Below are positions 8,309 through 16,120 of a DNA stretch of 34,014 bases, piece after piece. A program made the position numbers and the translations under genes. Source of the DNA: a virus (Duplodnaviria; Heunggongvirae; Uroviricota; Caudoviricetes); IMG/VR virus record IMGVR_UViG_2721755658_000002. One strand, 5' to 3'. Position 1 is the stretch's first letter. Every line of letters starts with the position of its first letter. The notes beneath the pieces were generated by a model. That model saw only the letters and a list, made by a program, of their open reading frames with translations. It was not told the DNA's origin and did not search any database.

Positions 8309-9766
8309 TTAGGAGCGCCAAAAAAAACCTGAAAACAATATAATAACAGGATAAATTTCAAGGCGACCAAGAATCATAGCTATGCACATTAAACATTTTG
8401 CAATGTCATTAAGCACTCCGAATGACGATGCAGTAGCCCCAAAACCTAATCCCATATTATTAATACATGCAGCCACTGTTGCAAATGATGTAAGAAAATC
8501 ATATCCCATACCATTTAACACCAGTATAAAAAACACCGTGAAGAGAGTATAAAGAAAAAAGAAACTCCATACAGACCTCATTACACGATCTGTAACTATC
8601 TTCCCTCCTACATTTACACTCAACAACGCTCTGGGATGAGAAAGCTGATTTATCTCGTGTTTGCTTTGTTTGAAAAGTATAAGAAATCGAAGTGACTTAA
8701 TTCCACCACAAGTTGAACCTATACATCCCCCAAAGAAACTTGACAACAGCAAAAACACTATCGTGTGCGTGGGCCAACTTGCATAATCCTGCGTAGCTAA
8801 ACCATTATCAGTGAGCATGGAGCTGGCAAGAAAAAACGAATGAATAAAACTTCCATGCAAGTCATACATACCTATATGCCAGACCTGGAAAGAGGTAACA
8901 ATGATCACCCCTAAGGCTATTAACAGAAAGAAACGAAGTTCAATATCTCTGATTAAAGGTTTTATCGTTTTCCTGCTAATAACAATATACCAAAGAGTGA
9001 AGTTGAAAGCCGATAGCAGGGAAAAAGAACCAGCCACCAGCTCAACCAAATAGTTATTAAAATATCCGATACTCTCGCTATGAGTTGAGAAACCACCAAG
9101 CGAAACTGTGGAAATCCCGTGACAAATAGCATCAAACAAAGGCATTCCTGCAAGTCTATAACAGACAATACAAGCAATACCTAATAAAGAATAAGTTATC
9201 CACAGTGTCCGTGACGTATCGGCCAGGCGGGGAGTGAGTTTGTCATCCTTAAATGGCCCCGGCATTTCTGACTGATAAAGCTTTGCACCACCAATACCCA
9301 ATAATGGCAATACAGCAACCGCCAGAACAATAACTCCTAAACCACCTATAAAATTTAACTGTGACCGATAGTACAAATATGCCCGAGGTAATGAACTAAC
9401 ATCATCAATTACAGTTGCTCCTGTTGTTGTTATTCCAGAAACCCCTTCAAACAGAGCATCAATGAACGTTAAATTAAGTTCTGAGTCAATCCATAAAGGG
9501 AATGCACTAATAACAGAAAACAAAATCCAAAACATTACAATTATAATAAACCCATCACGGGTACGTAATTGAATGCCAGATTTCTTAGTTGTATACCACG
9601 CTCCGCCACCAATGCAAAAAAATATAACGAAAGTTATAAAGAAAACGAACAGGCTTTTTTCTTTATAAAACAATGCTACAACCATTGGTGGCAACATTGA
9701 AAGACTATAGAGCCAAACCAGGAACCCACACATATGAGTAACAACTCTTACATGAGATGTATTCAT
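8309..9766 (-). CDS. trkG: Trk-type K+ uptake membrane protein TrkG (prophage moron)
   Basis: 485-aa multi-TM protein from ATG at 9766 (MNTSHVRVVTHMCGFLVWLY...), matching Rac TrkG as recalled; flanked by AT-rich spacers. Confidence 0.88.
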   Translation of the reverse strand: MNTSHVRVVTHMCGFLVWLYSLSMLPPMVVALFYKEKSLFVFFITFVIFFCIGGGAWYTTKKSGIQLRTRDGFIIIVMFWILFSVISAFPLWIDSELNLTFIDALFEGVSGITTTGATVIDDVSSLPRAYLYYRSQLNFIGGLGVIVLAVAVLPLLGIGGAKLYQSEMPGPFKDDKLTPRLADTSRTLWITYSLLGIACIVCYRLAGMPLFDAICHGISTVSLGGFSTHSESIGYFNNYLVELVAGSFSLLSAFNFTLWYIVISRKTIKPLIRDIELRFFLLIALGVIIVTSFQVWHIGMYDLHGSFIHSFFLASSMLTDNGLATQDYASWPTHTIVFLLLSSFFGGCIGSTCGGIKSLRFLILFKQSKHEINQLSHPRALLSVNVGGKIVTDRVMRSVWSFFFLYTLFTVFFILVLNGMGYDFLTSFATVAACINNMGLGFGATASSFGVLNDIAKCLMCIAMILGRLEIYPVIILFSGFFWRS

Positions 9767-9903
9767 ATCTAAATATTCTTTCAATTATAACCACCTTGCT
9801 GCAATATTATGATTATACTGTATAAAATTTAACTCCTCTTAGATCTTACTTCACTGTTCCTTATGAAACAATCATCAAAATGAATCATATTGTAGTTAAG
9901 ATT

Positions 9904-10368
9904 TTACTTTAAACACTGCTCGGTTATGTATTGCTGAGCACCTTCAAGTTGGGCCTGCATCATTACCAGTCGTTCCCGGAGGGTGAAATAATCCCGTTCA
10001 GCGGTGTCTGCCAGTCGGGGGGAGGCTGCATTATCCACGCCGGAGGCGGTGGTGGCTTCACGCACTGACTGACAGACTGCTTTGATGTGCAACCGACGAC
10101 GACCAGCGGCAACATCATCACGCAGAACATCATTTTCAGCTTTCGCATCAGCTAACTCCTTCGTGTATTTTGCATCGAGCGCAGCAACATCACGCTGACG
10201 CATCTGCATGTCAGTAATTGCCGCGTTCGCCAGCTTCAGTTCTCTGGCATTTTTGTCGCGCTGTTCTTTGTAGGCGATGGCGTTATCACGGTAATGATTA
10301 ACACCCCATGACAGGCAGACGACGATGCAGATAACCAGAGCGGAGATAATCGCGGTTACTCTGTTCAT
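9904..10368 (-). CDS. rzpR: Rz-type i-spanin
   Basis: [21 protein letters not shown]... N-terminal TM plus coiled-coil periplasmic domain; ATGA overlap with endolysin stop. Confidence 0.85.
   Translation of the reverse strand: MNRVTAIISALVICIVVCLSWGVNHYRDNAIAYKEQRDKNARELKLANAAITDMQMRQRDVAALDAKYTKELADAKAENDVLRDDVAAGRRRLHIKAVCQSVREATTASGVDNAASPRLADTAERDYFTLRERLVMMQAQLEGAQQYITEQCLK
9963..10148 (-). CDS. rzoR: Rz1-type o-spanin lipoprotein, embedded in the +1 frame of Rz
   Basis: [20 protein letters not shown] lipobox then proline-rich ...[16 protein letters not shown]...; wholly inside the Rz ORF. Confidence 0.85.
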   Translation of the reverse strand: MRKLKMMFCVMMLPLVVVGCTSKQSVSQCVKPPPPPAWIMQPPPDWQTPLNGIISPSGNDW

Positions 10369-10862
10369 TGCTGACCCCACAAACAGATTTCACGCTCAAT
10401 CTCACGACGAGTCATGAGACCTTTCCATTGCTTACCGCCAGCATATGTCCAGCGACGTAGCTGATCACATGCGCCTTTGATATCGCCCTGGTTTATTTTG
10501 CGAAGAAGCGTCGATGTTCTGAAATTGCCAGCACCCACGTTGTAAACGAATGAGTAAAGAGCGCCGCGCGTTGTTTCCGGTATATCGACTTTGATGTACG
10601 GGTTAATTTGTCTGGCGACCGTGGCAAGGTCTTTATTCAGGAGGGCTTTGCATTCTGCTTTGGTATACGTTTTACCGAGCATGATGTCTTTTCCTGTATG
10701 CCCGTGACATACAGTCCATACACCAACAATATCTTTGTATGGTATGTAGCTGACACCTTCCAGACCATCGTTACCACTTGGGCCAGTGATTAACACTGAT
10801 GCTATAGCAATTGCTCCGCCACCAATAGCAGCAGCAACGACTTTTCGTAATGATGGAGGCAT
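10365..10862 (-). CDS. SAR endolysin (phage 21 R-type lysozyme)
   Basis: 165 aa with N-terminal signal-anchor-release segment [18 protein letters not shown] and lysozyme core; matches phage 21 R as recalled. Confidence 0.88.
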   Translation of the reverse strand: MPPSLRKVVAAAIGGGAIAIASVLITGPSGNDGLEGVSYIPYKDIVGVWTVCHGHTGKDIMLGKTYTKAECKALLNKDLATVARQINPYIKVDIPETTRGALYSFVYNVGAGNFRTSTLLRKINQGDIKGACDQLRRWTYAGGKQWKGLMTRREIEREICLWGQQ

Positions 10863-11077
10863 TATTCACCTCTCGCAGCCTTGCGCTTATCTTCTTTAAT
10901 CTTGAAATAAAGGTTTGTCAGGTACGTCAGCAGGCCAAATACCAGACTACCCAGCACACCGATTGCAGCCCACTGTGACGGAGTTACTCTATCGAGCAAC
11001 TGTAAAAACCAGTAGCCAGCACTGCCTGCGGAGGTGCCGTAGGCAATGCCTGTTGAAATTTTGTCCATGGATTTCAT
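10862..11077 (-). CDS. class II holin / pinholin (phage 21 S-type) with dual-start motif MKSMDK
   Basis: 71 aa [26 protein letters not shown]... from ATG 11075-11077 preceded by GGAGGTGAG; stop overlaps endolysin start. Confidence 0.85.
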   Translation of the reverse strand: MKSMDKISTGIAYGTSAGSAGYWFLQLLDRVTPSQWAAIGVLGSLVFGLLTYLTNLYFKIKEDKRKAARGE

Positions 11078-11180
11078 AGCCTCACCTCCGCACGGAACGG
11101 ATGGCATAGTTATTATGTGTAGGCTTTCAGACACATCAATCAGAGCCTTAATTGATATATATGCTGGAGACGATGCAATA

Positions 11181-11203
11181 TAAAAAGCTCGCCGTAGCGA
11201 GCT
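11181..11203 (-). terminator. intrinsic terminator on minus strand between the lipoprotein moron and the holin
   Basis: 7-bp perfect stem AGCUCGC/GCGAGCU, UACG loop, then UUUUUA. Confidence 0.5.
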
Positions 11204-11328
11204 AATAAAATGTATTTCTCTGATATTATGTTTATTTGTATTAGCTCAGACTTGACATCACAGGTTTCGTATATAGAACATCATCAAATCTGTCAGTTTG
11301 CTATGAATGAGATATAGTAATTGAAGAG

Positions 11329-11724
11329 CTAACCTCGCATGTCAAAGCCAGATTTCTGAAAATCTCTGTAGACTTCCGGATTGTTGAAGGCCGGAAATTT
11401 GGCTTTATGAGCTGCGGACTTTATCGCTTCGCAATAGGCTTTATCACCGTTACTGGTAGATATTTTTAACGCCGTGCCATCCTGAGAGAATTCCATATGC
11501 AACCTGCATTTTTTCCCTTTCCAGTTATGCGGCTCATCAAGTTTGGCATTAATTGCAGCTCTGATTCCCCGCGCTTGCGCCCCCCATTCATCCTGATCAT
11601 CCCAGCGTCCTGAACTGCAACTACCTGTAGCAGTAGTTTTGTGGCAATCTGAAGGGTGTAAAGGTGTGCATCCCGCAACAAAACCGACCCAAAAAGTCAA
11701 CATAACGATTTTCTTTAATCCCAC
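11329..11724 (-). CDS. outer-membrane-type lipoprotein with divergent TolA domain-III-like C-terminal domain
   Basis: GTG start with GAGGAG SD; signal peptide MGLKKIVMLTFWVGFVAGC; C-terminal ...KKCRLHMEFSQDGTALKIS...CEAIKSAAHKAKFPAFNNPEVYRDFQ... shares the conserved pattern of its neighbour and of TolA C-terminus. Confidence 0.6.
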   Translation of the reverse strand: MGLKKIVMLTFWVGFVAGCTPLHPSDCHKTTATGSCSSGRWDDQDEWGAQARGIRAAINAKLDEPHNWKGKKCRLHMEFSQDGTALKISTSNGDKAYCEAIKSAAHKAKFPAFNNPEVYRDFQKSGFDMRG

Positions 11725-11874
11725 TTCTTGCTCCTCAATCCATTAAAATCTCAGCAATAGTAGTTGTTACGTCCGCCACTGGCTCAGAGCTGACTATCCG
11801 CTAAATTTAGCTCAGTGCCGTAGCTGTGTCAGAACAAACCTAAGCCGAAACCGTTTATTACAAAACAATAAATA

Positions 11875-12303
11875 TCAGGGTTTAAAATCCAGCACCCCAT
11901 TTTGAAATACTTTATATACTTCCGGCGAAGGGGGGGCAGGTATATCAGCATTCTTTATCGCATTCATCGCTTCACGACATAAATCGAGGTCTCCACTTTC
12001 TCTTTTAACCTCCAGTAGAAGGCCATTCGGGGCCATATGCATTCTCAGTGTACACTCTTTTCCTGAATACTTACTCGCATCCCCGAACTGTTTTTCGATG
12101 GCGCTCTTGATTTGATGGGCATACAGACGGATATCCTCACTAACATCAGAAGTACGTTCAGATGAACTCACATACTGTGTCTCTATTGCTTTATCGGAGT
12201 AATATGATGTACGGTCATGATAATTTGTCGATACAGCATCAGTGCACCCGATAATAATCCCACTAATAATCAACGTAAGAATTGATGCGCTACGAAAACC
12301 CAT
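11875..12303 (-). CDS. outer-membrane-type lipoprotein with TolA domain-III-like C-terminal domain
   Basis: Signal peptide MGFRSASILTLIISGIIIGC; C-terminal YAHQIKSAIEKQFGDASKYSGKECTLRMHMAPNGLLLEVK...IPAPPSPEVYKVFQNGVLDFKP aligns closely with recalled E. coli TolA C-terminus (...YAGQIKSAIESKF...GKTCTLRIKLAPDGMLLDIK...VYEVFKNAPLDFKP). Confidence 0.7.
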   Translation of the reverse strand: MGFRSASILTLIISGIIIGCTDAVSTNYHDRTSYYSDKAIETQYVSSSERTSDVSEDIRLYAHQIKSAIEKQFGDASKYSGKECTLRMHMAPNGLLLEVKRESGDLDLCREAMNAIKNADIPAPPSPEVYKVFQNGVLDFKP

Positions 12304-13240
12304 TTTTCCTCACATATGTCATATAGTAAAGGATTATATATACCGTTGTTTTGGACGCTCAAACAGCGAATCAGATCAAATAAAACGCACATTTGTTAAC
12401 ATTTACACAAAGTCTGCGTGGGATATTCTGAAAGAATATCCATAATGTGGAGAGAATCTATTGAAGTGCATGGTGCCGGGTGCCTCCCGGTGAACAAAAT
12501 GTTCGTGATACCTGTCGGCGACAGAAAAGGTTAATGGTATCACCCCACCGCACAGGGGGATTCACCATGCAGGAGTTTTCTTAGCAAACTCACTGCGCGC
12601 CCGGCAACTCCCAACCACATAAAATGCGGAGTTTGTGGTATTTATGCATATAACTCGCAGGAATTATCTTAAAAAACTGATGTCGATCCGGATTAAAAAG
12701 AAGCAGGTCATCATCAGATGACTGGAAAAAAGGAAAACAAAAAATACTCATCATACAGTTTTGATTGCAGGGATGAGCCTGCTATGCACAATATGCAGAA
12801 TATAAGCAAGATAAAAATATGCAGGCATATTATTTCGGATTTTGTTATTAACACAACCTTTTTAATAATCATTTGGCATACAATAAACCAGCCCAAAAAG
12901 AACCGCCTAAACAGGCGGTTGGTCAATACAAAGGATGCTTCGTCTTTATTATAGTAATCTGAGGCGTCGGGTGTCTTGTATCAGACAACATATTGTCCCG
13001 CTAAACAGCGAATTACAAACCACCCTGCAATGATCTCTCATCTCATTTTATATGAGTTGACGACATCAGGATAACGCATCATCAGCCCCTGCCAAGAAAT
13101 ATCAAAACTCCCGCCAGCAATGTGTTATCACAATATTGTAAAAAAAACACAGCACCGAAACTATAACTGGTCTCTGTTATAATTTGGAGCAGAAAGACCA
13201 GTTGCCCAACTAGCAGCATTCTCCCCTGCTTTCCTGACGT

Positions 13241-13267
13241 AAAAAAACCGCATTAAGCGGTTTTTTT
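13241..13267. terminator. bidirectional intrinsic terminator (A7-CCGC-ATTAA-GCGG-T7); candidate tR' downstream of the late promoter
   Basis: Symmetric hairpin with poly-A/poly-T flanks about 80 nt downstream of the putative Q gene stop. Confidence 0.65.
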
Positions 13268-13347
13268 ACGATGTCCATGTCTGCAATCCGCCTCGCGATA
13301 CAGCTTTGCGAAGCATAGCAAAATTGAAGCAGTTTATACGTAAGAAA
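13268..13347 (-). promoter_or_regulatory. putative late promoter PR' / Q-utilisation region
   Basis: 80-nt spacer between Q stop and terminator with TTGATT and TGcTATGCT promoter-like elements; assignment by analogy with lambdoid Q-PR'-tR' architecture. Confidence 0.3.
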
Positions 13348-13890
13348 TCAAGCCATTTTCTCAGCAAATGATTCACGCATGGGAATATATAGGGCATACT
13401 CAGCAACAGCTAACCAATTAGCAATCCGTTTTTCGCATGTGCTAAAACACCACTCTGGGTGTGCATCATTTAGCAATTCAGCCATTTTGCGCTTAGTCAT
13501 CCCCCGCCCTTCATAGCGTTGCCGGAGAATGCAAATCAATCCTGGATGCTCTGCCAGCACCTCACTTATGACTCGATCAATACATAACGCCTCTGCATCA
13601 GTACAATGCGCCAGCCAGCTCTTTTGCTTGCCGTTGATCATCTCTCGCAAAAACGCTTCCAGCTCAGCTTTCTCTATTCCCGCTTTTTTCATTCTGCGCA
13701 GGGCTTCATTAATGGCTGTTTTCGTCAGTTTTTTGGATGCCAACAACTGATTGAACATATTCCCTGACCTGCCACCGCCAATATACGACCAGCGCCCCCA
13801 CATACGTAGTTTTCCCTGAATCCAGACACTTTCCAGCGTGGTGAGGCGAAGGTGTTCTCCGCTTTTTCCTGTATTCGTTGGGTAAATCAT
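13348..13890 (-). CDS. putative late-gene antiterminator Q
   Basis: 180-aa ORF immediately upstream of a PR'/tR'-like region and the lysis module, downstream of nin-type genes; several Cys pairs; assigned mainly by position. Confidence 0.5.
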   Translation of the reverse strand: MIYPTNTGKSGEHLRLTTLESVWIQGKLRMWGRWSYIGGGRSGNMFNQLLASKKLTKTAINEALRRMKKAGIEKAELEAFLREMINGKQKSWLAHCTDAEALCIDRVISEVLAEHPGLICILRQRYEGRGMTKRKMAELLNDAHPEWCFSTCEKRIANWLAVAEYALYIPMRESFAEKMA

Positions 13891-14177
13891 AAATGACCTT
13901 TCTTTCTCCAGATTTCTTGTGTGCGAAAAACCCCTTCAGCATGCATCAGGCGCAATTCTTCTTTGGTGTAATCGCTGGTTTTTACCCGCCCGTCGATTAG
14001 ATCGTGGCATGAGCTACAGGCTATCGCCGCCTGCATATCGTGTGGTTTTGTCGCTGTTCCGCACGTCCCCGCCAGCCTGTAATGCGCCAGCACAGAGGTT
14101 TCGGGATTGTGATTGCAGTAGCCAGGGATTCTGATCTGGCACATCTGGCCTTTAGCCGCTTTACGTAAATTCACCAT
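13887..14177 (-). CDS. YbcO-like (DUF1364) nin-region protein, putative nuclease
   Basis: 96 aa with Cys/His-rich motif ...QMCQIRIPGYCNHNPETSVLAHYR...IACSSCHDLIDGR... resembling DLP12 YbcO as recalled; ATGA overlap with Q start. Confidence 0.55.
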   Translation of the reverse strand: MVNLRKAAKGQMCQIRIPGYCNHNPETSVLAHYRLAGTCGTATKPHDMQAAIACSSCHDLIDGRVKTSDYTKEELRLMHAEGVFRTQEIWRKKGHL

Positions 14178-14776
14178 TACGCAAACTCCAGTAGTTGTGC
14201 GGCCACATTTTCAACTTCCTCCTGAGAGGAGAATTTACGGAACAGAATCCAGTTCCACAGCACATTCAGTACAGATTTATAAACCTGCTGAAACTCGACT
14301 TCGTCCATATTCGCAAAAGCGATGGATTTTGCCCGACGCCCACGGCTACCGTCCGGATAAATATGCTCGGTGTAAAATCCGGCCTGAATGGTTACCCACT
14401 CGCGGAAAGCCTCAAACGACTTTAGCAACGCCGTATCCCGGGTTCTACGAGTCGCAACGGTGTTAAGGTATTGCTCTGCGGCATCACTCAGGGCTGGCGT
14501 GTGTTCCCGACCAACTGATTCGCACAGGTAATCAACGAAACCAGACAGCAGTTCTCGTTCGCGAGGCGTGATCGCCCCACCGACCGGAGTCCAGTAATCG
14601 AATCCCAGTTGCAGGAGTTTGAAAAAACGCTTGTGGAATGCGTAGTTACGCACACGCTTAAAGTCTGCGTGTATCCACTCACCTATTTTGATTTGATGCA
14701 GAAAATCGCAACTCTCCGGCGTCGCCGGGAGAAGTAAACCAGAAGAAGTTTGTTTGACCAGTTGTATATGCGCCAT
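14177..14776 (-). CDS. nin-region hypothetical protein (DUF1367-like)
   Basis: 199-aa ORF ending one nt into the ybcO-like start; family from weak recollection and position. Confidence 0.4.
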   Translation of the reverse strand: MAHIQLVKQTSSGLLLPATPESCDFLHQIKIGEWIHADFKRVRNYAFHKRFFKLLQLGFDYWTPVGGAITPRERELLSGFVDYLCESVGREHTPALSDAAEQYLNTVATRRTRDTALLKSFEAFREWVTIQAGFYTEHIYPDGSRGRRAKSIAFANMDEVEFQQVYKSVLNVLWNWILFRKFSSQEEVENVAAQLLEFA

Positions 14777-15244
14777 TTCTCAATCTCTCGATGGCGCAGT
14801 GCAGCAGATGCCAGTTGTTCAGGCTGACGTATAAAGTATAAATAAACTGGTTCCAGTGTAAAGCCCCCACCTTAATGGAATAAAAACCAAACAACAGATT
14901 GCTGGGATACAAACAACGCTTATTATTAAAAGCGGTTAAACAAATTAAATTTTAATGTTATGCAAATTTGTCAGATCACCATAATATCTCATTTGAAAAC
15001 CGCTGAAATAACAATCCTATCAGGATTAATCATATTAAGGTGAGTAAATATGGAAAACAACAAATCTGCACATTACGCTCCTTTTTTATCTGTAATACTT
15101 TTTGTTTTTTGCTGTGTATGGGCATTATTTTTATAAAAATATTCACAGATAAAATAAACTCGCCGAATCAGGTTAAGTGTGGGTGCGTTGAGGATGCCTG
15201 ACACATCAGAGGCGGCGAGGGATTTCTCCCTCGCCTAGTCACTC

Positions 15245-15400
15245 TTACTCCTCAGGTTCGTAAGCTGTGAAGACAGCGACCTCCGTCTGACCGGTTCGGA
15301 TTCGCACCTCGCAGAGGTCTTTCCTCGTTACCAGTGCCGTCACTATGACGGTTAAACAGATGACAATCAGTGCGACTAACATCGCCTTTTGCTGCTTCAT
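15245..15400 (-). CDS. hok: Hok/Gef family type I toxin (HokD/RelF-like)
   Basis: 51 aa MKQQKAMLVALIVICLTVIVTALVTRKDLCEVRIRTGQTEVAVFTAYEPEE; in-frame upstream extension to 15457 could be mok-like. Confidence 0.85.
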   Translation of the reverse strand: MKQQKAMLVALIVICLTVIVTALVTRKDLCEVRIRTGQTEVAVFTAYEPEE

Positions 15401-15880
15401 AGCCTGCTTCTCCTTGCCTTCCGGCGCGTAAGAGGCTAACCTACATGTGCAAAGCATGAAATTGGCCTCAGATTAATGTTAAGCGTCTTGCCGGACGCGT
15501 AATGTTATCTGGGGCTTTTCTCTATCTGCCTTTGGTGTTCATGCCTGAGGCAGATAGCCTCAAGCACCCGCAGCAATTCTACTTAACTCCCGTCACCTCG
15601 CCAATATAAAATCAATCAGAAAGGCGATCCATAAGAACAACAGCAAGACAATAAATTGCCATTACAGCCGCAATAGCTAGCGCACATTTGAGAACCAGCA
15701 CGACAACCTCCTGTATTGGACGTACACCAGTTCTGATAAATATGAGGCTGTCTCATCATTGATTCAATATAACTATTGGGTATAGTTTCTGTGATTTTGT
15801 TCTGTAGAAATGGAACACAACAACCAGTCACCACCAGCACTTCTTTAAATACGCCAAGTCCGACGCAAGCTAACCTTCTA

Positions 15881-15904
15881 GTCCGCTTTGAGCGAGGAGC
15901 GGAC
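15881..15904. repeat. 24-bp palindrome GTCCGCT-N10-AGCGGAC (copy 1 of 3)
   Basis: Perfect 7-bp inverted arms; same arm family and spacing as copies at 18947 and 22620. Confidence 0.6.
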
Positions 15905-16120
15905 CAAACCCGGCCAACTGACTCTTAAAGGGGCCGCAGGAATTTTTCGTCTGAACTTTCGAAGCTCCTCTCCCTGAAGACAGAAAACTTCTGTGTGCTG
16001 TGGGAATATTGAATCTTTGCCTTAGATATAAATAATTTTATCCCGCCTGAAGTTTACATTATTTTATTTATCTGTTTTTCTAAATCAGACTGCACTCCTT
16101 ACTTAAATCAGGAGCCAGTC

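Noticed and set aside
8089-8370. 93-aa minus-strand ORF spanning the ParB-like start and the trkG 3' spacer
   Set aside because: Overlaps the ParB-like start and an AT-rich intergenic region; no SD; likely spurious.
11249-11280. Plus-strand TTGACA...TATATA promoter-like sequence antisense to the lipoprotein-holin spacer
   Set aside because: Spacer between the -35 and -10 candidates is about 12 nt, too short for a sigma-70 promoter.
12514-12526. LexA (SOS) box interpretation of the palindrome CTGTCGGCGACAG
   Set aside because: Spacing between CTGT and ACAG is 5 nt rather than the 8 nt of a LexA box.
12304-13240. Possible tRNA genes between Q and the lysis genes (as in Stx phages)
   Set aside because: No GTTCRA-type T-loop or cloverleaf-compatible segments found on either strand by eye; a covariance-model scan would be decisive.
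15616-15840. 74-aa Cys-rich ORF from the ORF track upstream of hok
   Set aside because: No SD before any of its Met codons; its Cys-rich tail is the alternative frame of a 29-codon hydrophobic ORF that does have a canonical AGGAGG-N5-GTG start, so the long frame is probably an artefact (the short ORF is reported as a finding instead).
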